A stretch of DNA of 64,000 nucleotides, taken from assembly GCA_963643035.1 (NCBI GenBank), contig CAVIKO010000005.1, forward strand, positions 1,170 through 65,169, read 5' to 3'. How positions within the stretch are numbered: the first letter of the stretch is position 1; every line of letters begins with the position of its first letter. The translations under genes and the position numbers were made by a program. The notes under the pieces were generated by a model. That model was not told the DNA's origin and made no database searches. It saw only the letters and a program-made list of their open reading frames with translations. This document shows, piece by piece, positions 56,403 through 64,000 of this stretch. This DNA is from a bacterium. Lineage in GTDB: Bacteria; Bacillota; Clostridia; Oscillospirales; CAG-272.

Positions 56403-56465
56403 TCTTTTACACATCCTTTCTGAATATGTCCTTATCATATATCACGGGGGGCGATGCATTTGCGT

Positions 56466-57860
56466 TCAAACGTTTGCGTCCGCATCTCGCGCATCCCCTC
56501 CCAGGAGGCGCACCTCATCGATGGTGATGGGCAGAGCCACCGCGAAAGAGAAAATATCGGCAACGGGCTGGGCGAGAATCAGACCGTTGAGCTTGAAGAA
56601 ATAGGGCAGGATTACGACAGCGGGGATGAACATGAGGCCCTGTCTTGCCATAGCGAGGAGGGACGCTCTGCCGACCTTGCCGATGGTCTGGGTCATCATA
56701 TTGGACATAACAACCATCGCGGAGAGGGGGAAGGTAACACATTGGCAGCGAAGGGCAAAGATGCCGATCTCTATGACCGCAGGGTCGGATTTCTGGAACA
56801 GTCCCACGATCTGACTGCCGAGCGCGAACACAATGACAGCGAGAACAACAAGGAAGATCGTGGCGTATTTCACACAGAAAAGATATGCGCGTTTGACTCT
56901 GCCATAGAGATGCGCGCCGTAATTGAAGCCGCAGACGGGCTGGAAACCCTGCCCGAAGCCGATCACGGCAGAGGATGCGAACATCATAATCCGGGAGACG
57001 ATGCTGATGGCAGCGATGGCGGCGTCCCCATATCCCTTTGCAACGGTATTGAGAACGATGGTGGACAGGCTGTTCAGCCCCTGCCGACAGAGAGAAGGCG
57101 TGCCGCCGTTTACGATATTTTTGAGATAGAACGCGTTGGGACGGTAGTTGCGGAAGCGGATCTTGAGGCTGTCGCTCCGCTGCACGCCGATACAGAGCAG
57201 GACAAAGCTGACAAGCTGGCTGAGGATAGTGGCAAGCGCGGCACCGGTCACGCCCATATTGCACACGAAGATAAAGAGGGGATCGAGAGCAAGATTGAGA
57301 ATTCCGCCGGAAGTCAGCCCGATCATAGCGAAGAAGGCGTTGGACTGGAAGCGGAGCTGGTTATTGAGGACGAGGGAGGCGCACATATAGGGAGCGCCGA
57401 TGAGGATGATGCGCAGGTAATCGACGGCGTAGGGGAGGATGGTATCCGTAGAACCGAGAAATTTCGCGAGTGGCTGAAGGAACAGCAATCCGGCGATCAT
57501 AATGACAATTCCGGCGATAAAGGAGGAAAAGAATCCGGTTGCCGCCATTTCCTCCGCGCTCTTTATATTTTTTTTGCCCAGCTCCCGGGAGATAAAGTTT
57601 CCGGAGCCATGACCGAAGAAAAAGCCAACCGCCTGAATGATAGCCATAAGCGAGAACGCCACACCGACGGCTCCGGTCGCACTGGTGTTTTCGAGCTTGG
57701 CGATGAAGAAGGTATCCGCCATATTATAAAAGCTGGTGATGAGCATACTGACGATGGTCGGTACGGCAAGCTGACAGATGAGCTTTTCCGGCGGTTCCGT
57801 CGTCATGCGCCGTTGTTTTTCCTCTTGCTTTTCGGTATCGGTTTTCATTGCGTGCGGCAT
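56466..57860 (-). CDS. MATE-family efflux transporter
   Basis: ATG at 57860 with SD AGAGAGGAA. LAVPTIVSMLITSFYNMADTFFI N-terminal MATE signature. 12 TM helices. Confidence 0.9.
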   Translation of the reverse strand: MPHAMKTDTEKQEEKQRRMTTEPPEKLICQLAVPTIVSMLITSFYNMADTFFIAKLENTSATGAVGVAFSLMAIIQAVGFFFGHGSGNFISRELGKKNIKSAEEMAATGFFSSFIAGIVIMIAGLLFLQPLAKFLGSTDTILPYAVDYLRIILIGAPYMCASLVLNNQLRFQSNAFFAMIGLTSGGILNLALDPLFIFVCNMGVTGAALATILSQLVSFVLLCIGVQRSDSLKIRFRNYRPNAFYLKNIVNGGTPSLCRQGLNSLSTIVLNTVAKGYGDAAIAAISIVSRIMMFASSAVIGFGQGFQPVCGFNYGAHLYGRVKRAYLFCVKYATIFLVVLAVIVFALGSQIVGLFQKSDPAVIEIGIFALRCQCVTFPLSAMVVMSNMMTQTIGKVGRASLLAMARQGLMFIPAVVILPYFFKLNGLILAQPVADIFSFAVALPITIDEVRLLGGDARDADANV

Positions 57861-58027
57861 ATATGTATTCCTCTCTCTTTTCGGTATGCACCTGAGAATA
57901 GGCGCGAGACAGGCATGTCTCGGCACAAACAAAGCGCGGGGCTGTACTAAGGATGCGTCTCATAAAGCAACCGAAAAATCAGCGTTTTCCTAAAGATGCG
58001 CGGCATAAAACCGCGTTTCTTTTCTTC

Positions 58028-58117
58028 GGAACCTCTGAATCAGTCGGATTTTTGCGATAAAAGGCCGAAATATAGGGGCCTTTATCAAAAAATAATCTGA
58101 AATCAAAGGCTTCCTTA
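58028..58117 (+). repeat. long imperfect-hairpin repeat, copy 1 (about 90 nt)
   Basis: GGAACCTCTGAAT...GATAAAAGGCC-N8-GGCCTTTATC...AAAGGCTTCC. Aligns in the same orientation with 63548-63639. Confidence 0.75.
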
Positions 58118-58229
58118 ATTATGCCACACTTTTCTAAAAATTGCAACACCCATTTTGTACTCCGTCATTTTGTATATTTTTCATGCGTCTATTCTGCGAA
58201 TTTTGATGCACAAAATTTTGAGAAACCCC

Positions 58230-58259
58230 TTGACAGTTGAGCGTACTTTCAAGTATAAT
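58230..58259 (+). promoter_or_regulatory. promoter of the HMA / P-type ATPase pair
   Basis: TTGACA-18 nt-TATAAT. Confidence 0.55.
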
Positions 58260-58306
58260 AGTACCAGAACGATTGAATGCGTTTTCAAATGAAAGGAACT
58301 GCAACT

Positions 58307-58528
58307 ATGAAAAAAGAGTACATTCTGGAAAATCTCGACTGCCCGAACTGCGCCGCGAAAATCGAGCGTACGGTTGCCGCCATCGACGGCGTGGATGCCT
58401 GCACCGTCAGCTTCCTCACCACCAAAATGATCATTGAAGCCGCCGAGGACAAAATCCCCGCCATTGAAAAGGCAGCCAAAAAGCAGATCCGCCGCATTGA
58501 GCCGGATACCACTCTTGTTGCCTGCTGA
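58307..58528 (+). CDS. stand-alone heavy-metal-associated (HMA) domain protein
   Basis: ATG at 58307 with SD AAAGGAA. MKKEYILENLDCPNCAAKIE metal-binding CxxC in a ferredoxin-like 73-aa domain. Confidence 0.8.
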   Translation: MKKEYILENLDCPNCAAKIERTVAAIDGVDACTVSFLTTKMIIEAAEDKIPAIEKAAKKQIRRIEPDTTLVAC

Positions 58529-58655
58529 CATCCTTTGGAGATGCAGTGGGACGCGGCGAGAACGTTGCTTCCAAAATTTTTCCGGAAAAGCCGTCCTATT
58601 TATGTAAGTTATTTGCAGGGAGCATGATCATCCTCCCATCAGAAAGAGGTATACT

Positions 58656-60509
58656 ATGCGGAAAAAGTGGATGTATTGGAGCTGCGGCGCGGCGATCTTT
58701 GCGCTCGGACTTGTCCTGGAACGGCTTGCCAACGCGCGGTTCAGCGTGCTATGGTGGATCGGAACCGGGCTGCTTGCGGCCTCTTATCTCTTTATCGGAT
58801 GGAAGGTGCTGTGGAAAGCGGCGCGGAACATTCTGCATGGACAGATTTTCGACGAAAACTTCCTCATGACCATTGCCTCGGTAGGTGCGGTCTGCATCGG
58901 CGAGGTAGAAGAAGCGGCGGCGGTCATGCTCTTTTACCAGCTCGGCGAGCTGTTTGAAGACATGGCAGTTCGCAAATCCCGCGGTTCGCTGAAGGAGCTG
59001 ATGGCACTCTGTCCGGACGTGGCACACGTGATGGAGGACGGCACCGTCACCGATTATTATCCCGACAAAGTATCGGTAGGGAATGTAATCCTTGTGCAGC
59101 CGGGAGAGAAGATCCCGCTGGATGGTGTGGTTCTGACCGGATCATCGTCCGTAAACACCGCCGCGCTGACTGGGGAAAGCATGCCGCAGCCCGTGGAGGT
59201 CGGCGCGGAGGTCATGAGCGGATCCGTCAACGAAAGCGGTGCACTCACAATCCGGGTCACAAAGCCCTACAGTGAATCGACGGTCGCAAAGATTCTGGAG
59301 ATGGTAGAAAACGCGGCTTCCTCCAAGGCGACCCCGGAGCGCTTCATCTCGAAATTTGCCGCAGTTTATACCCCCGTTGTTGTAATCGGTGCGGTGGTGC
59401 TTGCCATTCTGCCGCCAATACTCAAATGTGGCTCATTCACGGATTGGCTCTACCGTGCGCTGAACTTCCTCGTCGTGTCCTGTCCGTGTGCGCTGGTAAT
59501 TTCGGTGCCGCTGTCCTATTTCTGCGCGATCGGCTCCGCGTCTCGTAAAGGGGTGCTGGTCAAGGGCGGCGTATACATGGAGCGGCTCGCGCATACCACC
59601 ACCGCCGTATTCGACAAAACCGGTACGCTGACCGAGGGAAAATTCACGGTATACGCTCTCCATCCGACTGCGGGTGTGACAGAAGATACACTTCTCACCA
59701 TTGCCGCACGGACGGAAACCCTCTCGAACCACCCGATTGCGCAATCGATCCGCGCTGCGTATGAGGCGAAGATCGGCACACTGCCCACGGAGATTCCGGA
59801 AACGACTGAAACAGCGGGTCACGGCATCGCGGCAGTGCTGGACAGCAAAACCGCCGTTGTCGGAAACGAAAAATCGATGACGGCGGCGGGACTTCCCTCG
59901 CCTGCTCCGGCAGAAACCGCCTATACCGCTGTCCATGTGGCGTACAACGGGCATTATCTCGGCTGGATTGAGCTGGCGGATCGTCCGAAGGAGAACGCAG
60001 CAGAGGCGATCCGTGCCCTCAAGGCGGAAGGCGTGACGAAAACCGTCATGCTCACCGGGGACAGACAGACGGTCGGCGATGCGGTGGGCAAGGAAATCGG
60101 ACTGGATGAGGTACATGGTGGGCTTTTGCCGGACGACAAAGTACGCGCGTTTCAAAAGCTGCGGGAGGCATCGACCGGCAGCACTATGTACACCGGAGAC
60201 GGCATCAACGACGCGCCGGTGCTTGCGATGGCGGATATTGGTGTAGCGATGGGTGGGATCGGCTCGGATGCCGCGATGGAAGCCGCCGACATGGTGATCC
60301 TGACGGACGATCTCGCCAGACTGCCGGACGTGATCCGACTCGCAAAAAAGACGATGCGGCTCGTCAAGGAGAACATCACGTTCGCGCTGCTCGTCAAGGC
60401 AGTGATCCTCGTACTGTCCGCTATCGGCTATGGCAATCTGTGGCTCGCCGTATTCGCGGATGTCGGCGTGTCCGTGATCTGCATCATGAACGCGCTGCGG
60501 GCGAAATAA
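58656..60509 (+). CDS. heavy-metal-translocating P1B-type ATPase (Cd/Zn/Co-type, no fused HMA domain)
   Basis: CPC (VVSCPCALVIS), DKTGTLT, GDGINDAP. 617 aa. SD AAAGAGG. Confidence 0.9.
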   Translation: MRKKWMYWSCGAAIFALGLVLERLANARFSVLWWIGTGLLAASYLFIGWKVLWKAARNILHGQIFDENFLMTIASVGAVCIGEVEEAAAVMLFYQLGELFEDMAVRKSRGSLKELMALCPDVAHVMEDGTVTDYYPDKVSVGNVILVQPGEKIPLDGVVLTGSSSVNTAALTGESMPQPVEVGAEVMSGSVNESGALTIRVTKPYSESTVAKILEMVENAASSKATPERFISKFAAVYTPVVVIGAVVLAILPPILKCGSFTDWLYRALNFLVVSCPCALVISVPLSYFCAIGSASRKGVLVKGGVYMERLAHTTTAVFDKTGTLTEGKFTVYALHPTAGVTEDTLLTIAARTETLSNHPIAQSIRAAYEAKIGTLPTEIPETTETAGHGIAAVLDSKTAVVGNEKSMTAAGLPSPAPAETAYTAVHVAYNGHYLGWIELADRPKENAAEAIRALKAEGVTKTVMLTGDRQTVGDAVGKEIGLDEVHGGLLPDDKVRAFQKLREASTGSTMYTGDGINDAPVLAMADIGVAMGGIGSDAAMEAADMVILTDDLARLPDVIRLAKKTMRLVKENITFALLVKAVILVLSAIGYGNLWLAVFADVGVSVICIMNALRAK

Positions 60510-60556
60510 GAAGAAATCGAGTAGGAGGGGCCGAGAAACCCCGACCTCTCACACCA

Positions 60557-60591
60557 CCGTGTGTACCGTTCGGTACACGGCACCGTTTTTT
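60557..60591 (+). terminator. intrinsic terminator after the ATPase
   Basis: CCGTGTGTACC-GTTC-GGTACACGG then CACCGTTTTTT. Confidence 0.55.
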
Positions 60592-60675
60592 GCCGTTCGG
60601 ACTGCCGAGATCCTACAGAAGCGTGCGGCGATTTATTTGGCAGAGCAACGGCACACCCTATAGAGCATTCATTCC

Positions 60676-60723
60676 ATAAAACACCCCCCGGAGCCATCCA
60701 GACAACGGATGTACTCCGGGGGG
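60676..60723 (-). terminator. intrinsic terminator after the fusion gene
   Basis: Minus strand CCCCCCGGAG-N20-CTCCGGGGGG followed by TGTTTTAT. Confidence 0.65.
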
Positions 60724-60749
60724 TTCTGTCTATTTCCGTTTCCGCTTCG

Positions 60750-63293
60750 TCACGCTGTAACGATCCCGGCGGCTTCACGGAATTCGGGGAGACGGGCGGC
60801 TTCCTCGCGCATCTTATACTTGAGAATCTTCCCGGCTGCGTTCATCGGGAACTCGTCCACGAACGTCACGTAGCGCGGCACCTTATGCTTTGCCATGTGC
60901 GTCATGACGTACTCCTTGATCTCCTCCGCGGTAACCGTTTCGCCCGGCTTCGGGATGACGCACGCCATGATCTCCTCACCGTACTGCTTATCCGGCACGC
61001 CGATGACCTGCACGTCCTTCACCTTCGGATAGGTATAGATAAAATCTTCAATCTCCTTCGGGTAGATGTTCTCGCCGCCGCGGATGATCATGTCCTTGAT
61101 CCGTCCGGTGATCTTATAGTACCCATTCGGCAGACGGCGCGCAAGGTCGCCGGTATGGAGCCAGCCGTCCCGGTCGATGGCAGCCGCCGTCGCCTGGGGC
61201 ATTTTGTAGTAGCCCTTCATGATATTATAGCCGCGCGCCACAAATTCGCCATCGCAGTTGTCTGGCAGATCCGCACCTGTTTCGGGATCAACGATCTTGC
61301 ATTCCACGCCGAAGATCGCGCCGCCGACGGTATTCACACGATCCTCGATGGAGTCCGTGGTCTTGGACATCGTGGTCGCAGGGGACGCTTCGGTCTGCCC
61401 ATAGGTGATACAGATCTCGGACATGTGCATTTTTTCAATGACCTCCTTCATGACCTGGATCGGGCACGGAGAGCCTGCCATAATCCCGGTACGCATATGG
61501 GAGAAGTCCGTTTTCGCGAAATCCTTATGGCCGAGCATAGCAATGAACATCGTTGGCACCCCATGGAACGCTGTGATCTTCTCGCGGGTGATGCAGTCCA
61601 AACCCTTGGTCGGCGAGAACGCAGGGATCGGGGACATAGTGGTCCCGTGGGTGACGGATGCCGTCATGGCGAGAACCATACCGAAGCAGTGGAACATCGG
61701 CACCTGAATCATCATGCGGTCCGCGGTGGACAAATCCATGCAGTCGCCAATCGCCTTGCCGTTGTTGACAACGTTATAGTGGGTGAGCATAACGCCCTTG
61801 GGAAATCCCGTAGTACCGGAGGTATACTGCATATTGCATACATCGTGCTTATTGATCATGGCAGCACGGCGGTACACGACTTCCACGGGAGTTCTCTCGG
61901 CGTAGGAGAGCGCATCGTCCCAGGTCAGGCAGCCGGGTACACGGGACTCAACGGTAATGACGTTTCTGAGGAAGGGCAGACGGCGGCTATGGAGGGGCTT
62001 ACCTGTCTCCAGCGTGGCAAGCTCGGGGCATAATTCCTTTACGATGCCGATGTAATCGGAATCCTTATAGCCGTCGATCATGACGAGCGTATGGGTATCG
62101 GACTGGCGGAGGAGATATTCCGCCTCGTGGATCTTATAGGCGGTATTGACAGTGACCAGAACCGCGCCGATCTTGACCGTTGCCCAGAAGGTGATATACC
62201 ACGCAGGAACGTTGGTTGCCCAGATCGCCACATGGTCGCCCTGCTTGACACCGAGAGAGATAAGCGCACGGGCGAAGGTATCGACATCGTCGCGGAACTG
62301 CGGATAGGTGCGTGTATAGTCCAGGGTGGTATAGCGGAAGGCATATTGATCAGGGAACTCCTCACAGATTCGGTCGAGAACCTGCGGGAAAGTGAGGTCG
62401 ATGAGCTTTTCTTTTTCCCAGATGTACTTACCATCGCCGCGGATAGAGGTCTGAAGCCGTTCGGGCTGATCGCCGTCATCAAGGAACTGGCTCATATAGT
62501 GTGCGAACTGAGGGAAAACGATACCAGCATCGGACAACTCGGGGGAATACTGTTTGAGCCATTCGAGGGAAATATAGCCCTCATAATTGACACTGCGCAG
62601 CGCATTCATGAACTGCTCAATGGGCAGATCACCCTCGCCCATAATGCGGTAATGTACACCGGAGTCGTCTTTTACGGAGTCCTTGATATGGATATGCTTG
62701 ATATACGCGCCGAGATTGCGGATGGTGGTTTCGGGATCCTCGTCATGGTAGCGGTAGGGATGGTGGAGATCCCACAGCGCGCCGACATTATCGCTGCCGA
62801 CCGCCGCCAGCACGTCTGCGAGCCGTTTGGTGTCACAGTATACACCGTTTGTCTCCAGGAGGAGCGTGACTCCGGCCGCTTCTGCATCGCGCGCAAGGAT
62901 ACGCATAGCGGAAATGACATTCTCATCATCAAAATCGGTAGTAGGTTCCGCGGTGGGATCGCCCAGCACGCGGATATACGGTGTACCAAGAGCGGCAGCG
63001 ACCGCGATATATTCCCGCAGCTCTGAGATCATCTCGGCGTGGTGTGCCGGATCGCGCAGAGAGTAGCCGGAGGAGAGACAGCAAATCTCAAGGTGGAGCC
63101 GCTTCAGCTCCGCTCTGGTTCTCGCCAGATTCTCCGTCTGAAACGGGCTTGCGTGTACGGTGAAATCGCTCTCGGCAATATCGCTGCCCAGTCCGCGCAT
63201 CTCGATTCCGCGGAATCCGAAATCTTTTGCCATCGAATAAATGTCCGCCCATGAAAAATCGGGGCAGCCCAAAGTGGAAAATGCCAGCTTCAT
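60750..63293 (-). CDS. fusion protein: N-terminal xylose-isomerase-like TIM barrel (sugar phosphate isomerase/epimerase family) plus C-terminal AMP-dependent acyl-CoA synthetase/ligase
   Basis: 847 aa in a single ORF. N-terminus MKLAFSTLGCPDFSWADIYSMAKDFGFRGIEMRG. C-terminal half has YTSGTTGFPKG, GEFVARGYNIMKGYY, DGWLHTGDL and IIRGGENIYPKEIE. SD AAAGGAG. Confidence 0.85.
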   Translation of the reverse strand: MKLAFSTLGCPDFSWADIYSMAKDFGFRGIEMRGLGSDIAESDFTVHASPFQTENLARTRAELKRLHLEICCLSSGYSLRDPAHHAEMISELREYIAVAAALGTPYIRVLGDPTAEPTTDFDDENVISAMRILARDAEAAGVTLLLETNGVYCDTKRLADVLAAVGSDNVGALWDLHHPYRYHDEDPETTIRNLGAYIKHIHIKDSVKDDSGVHYRIMGEGDLPIEQFMNALRSVNYEGYISLEWLKQYSPELSDAGIVFPQFAHYMSQFLDDGDQPERLQTSIRGDGKYIWEKEKLIDLTFPQVLDRICEEFPDQYAFRYTTLDYTRTYPQFRDDVDTFARALISLGVKQGDHVAIWATNVPAWYITFWATVKIGAVLVTVNTAYKIHEAEYLLRQSDTHTLVMIDGYKDSDYIGIVKELCPELATLETGKPLHSRRLPFLRNVITVESRVPGCLTWDDALSYAERTPVEVVYRRAAMINKHDVCNMQYTSGTTGFPKGVMLTHYNVVNNGKAIGDCMDLSTADRMMIQVPMFHCFGMVLAMTASVTHGTTMSPIPAFSPTKGLDCITREKITAFHGVPTMFIAMLGHKDFAKTDFSHMRTGIMAGSPCPIQVMKEVIEKMHMSEICITYGQTEASPATTMSKTTDSIEDRVNTVGGAIFGVECKIVDPETGADLPDNCDGEFVARGYNIMKGYYKMPQATAAAIDRDGWLHTGDLARRLPNGYYKITGRIKDMIIRGGENIYPKEIEDFIYTYPKVKDVQVIGVPDKQYGEEIMACVIPKPGETVTAEEIKEYVMTHMAKHKVPRYVTFVDEFPMNAAGKILKYKMREEAARLPEFREAAGIVTA

Positions 63294-63380
63294 ATGTATG
63301 CAACTCCTTTGAATAATTATCTATGAATAGAGGGAGACGGTCGCTTATGAACCAATGAATCCAAAAGATCATTGCGCTCT

Positions 63381-63518
63381 GCAAAACTTTTATGAGGGGA
63401 TGGATTGGAATAGAGTTTGTATAAGTCCAACTGCTCACCAGTTTGGTTTTGCACGATACAGGAGAGATCGCTCGCGAGCGATTGCTATCGTTCGTATATT
63501 GGGTAGTAGCAAGCTATT
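63381..63518. repeat. conserved intergenic element, copy 2 (inverted relative to copy 1)
   Basis: The plus strand here aligns with the reverse complement of 23473-23651. Contains the perfect palindrome ATCGCTCGCGAGCGAT, which is absent from copy 1. Confidence 0.6.
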
Positions 63519-63547
63519 ATCGTAGGTGTTTGCAATAACAAATCTTA

Positions 63548-63639
63548 GGAACCTCTGAATAAATCGGATTTTTTGCGATAAAAGGCTAAAATATAGGGAC
63601 TTTTATCGCAAAAATAACCTTCAATCCGAGGTTTCCTTA
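63548..63639 (+). repeat. long imperfect-hairpin repeat, copy 2
   Basis: GGAACCTCTGAAT...TTGCGATAAAAG-N15-CTTTTATCGCAA...CCGAGGTTTCC. Same orientation as 58028-58117. Confidence 0.75.
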
Positions 63640-63654
63640 CTTTTCCCACACCAA

Positions 63655-63955
63655 CAAAAAAATCGCCCACGTCTCTTAACGGATTCTTCTCCGTCAGAGA
63701 CGAGGGCGTATGTTTGCTCCCGCGGTACCACTCTGTTTGACGCCTGTTGCGTCCCCTCTTCGGCACAGTCATGCCTTTCCCAAATAACGGTGGGTACCGT
63801 CCGCGCCTACTGAAGCGTATCGTCTGGATACGGCTCGTTCGGGCGGCTGCTGCAGGGGTGAGTGATAGGATCTCCGCCGCTGTCTCGCACCAACGACAGC
63901 TCTCTGCGGGTCGGACGGATCGTATGGTTTCCCCCGTCACTGCATTTGCTCTATG
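63655..63955 (-). promoter_or_regulatory. T-box riboswitch leader with terminator (provisional specifier CUC, Leu)
   Basis: Minus strand elements: AGAGAG bulge plus distal loop GCTGTC-GTTGGTGCGA-GACAGC; T-box sequence AGAGTGGTACCGCGGGAG; terminator CGCCCTCGTCTC-N21-GAGACGTGGGCG followed by ATTTTTTT. In the candidate specifier loop ...CTATCACTCA|CCCC the triplet before the terminal purine is CTC (63862-63860). Confidence 0.8.
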
Positions 63956-63958
63956 GTT

Positions 63959-63987
63959 AGTATACCACAAAGGGCAGGCTTTGTCAA
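63959..63987 (-). promoter_or_regulatory. promoter of the T-box leader
   Basis: Minus strand TTGACA-17 nt-TATACT with TG extension (TGTGGTATACT). Confidence 0.6.
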
Positions 63988-64000
63988 TTGGGCAAGATGA

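Noticed and set aside
1-64000. Search for mobile elements, prophage, defence systems, rRNA/tRNA
   Set aside because: I found no integrase, transposase, recombinase, reverse transcriptase, Cas, restriction-modification, toxin-antitoxin or phage structural motifs in any credible ORF. I recognised no tRNA cloverleaf or rRNA segment. The only mobile-looking items are the small repeats reported above.

Overview
This is a 64-kb chromosomal segment from a GC-rich Bacillota genome, probably Clostridia-like. The firmicute hallmarks are a yybS-gdpP-rplI-dnaB block, a T-box leader, lipobox solute-binding proteins (SBPs), GGAGG-type Shine-Dalgarno (SD) sites and many TGnTATAAT extended -10 promoters. I support about 47 CDSs.

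Gene content, left to right:
- An eight-gene minus-strand ABC-type operon (1-13784).
- Two NifS-like cysteine desulfurases, a CPA2 antiporter, ROK glucokinase and a HAD hydrolase.
- Three paralogous orphan lipoprotein SBPs.
- DnaB, L9, GdpP, YybS, Nth and a class B penicillin-binding protein (PBP).
- A PerR-like regulator with reverse rubrerythrin.
- A YerC/TrpR-like gene coupled to a methyltransferase.
- GlpK with a lipase-like hydrolase, and two parvulin-type peptidyl-prolyl isomerases (PPIases).
- A glycan-degradation cluster: GH35, an SGNH esterase, a beta-helix protein and a six-hairpin glycosidase-like protein.
- A MATE exporter, a split heavy-metal-associated (HMA) domain / P-type ATPase pair, and an 847-aa TIM-barrel::acyl-CoA-ligase fusion.

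I saw no rRNA, tRNA, CRISPR, transposase, integrase or recognisable defence gene.

Most interesting, in order:
1. A perfect 95-bp x 4.6 tandem array lies exactly between two divergent promoters (15536-15973). Each unit carries two hairpins and has no stop trinucleotide in any minus-strand frame.
2. The ABC operon has two complete permease pairs, one giant SBP with no visible anchor, and no ATPase. A secreted NHL-TPR-Yip1 membrane protein and a 1035-aa secreted protein sit between the permease pairs.
3. A T-box leader (provisional Leu CUC specifier) lies about 360 nt upstream of the TIM-barrel::AMP-ligase fusion. Two repeat elements that recur elsewhere in the window fill the gap.
4. A roughly 140-180-nt conserved intergenic element occurs in two copies, with variable hairpin insertions and one compensatory change.

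All family assignments were made by eye from motifs. No database search was possible.
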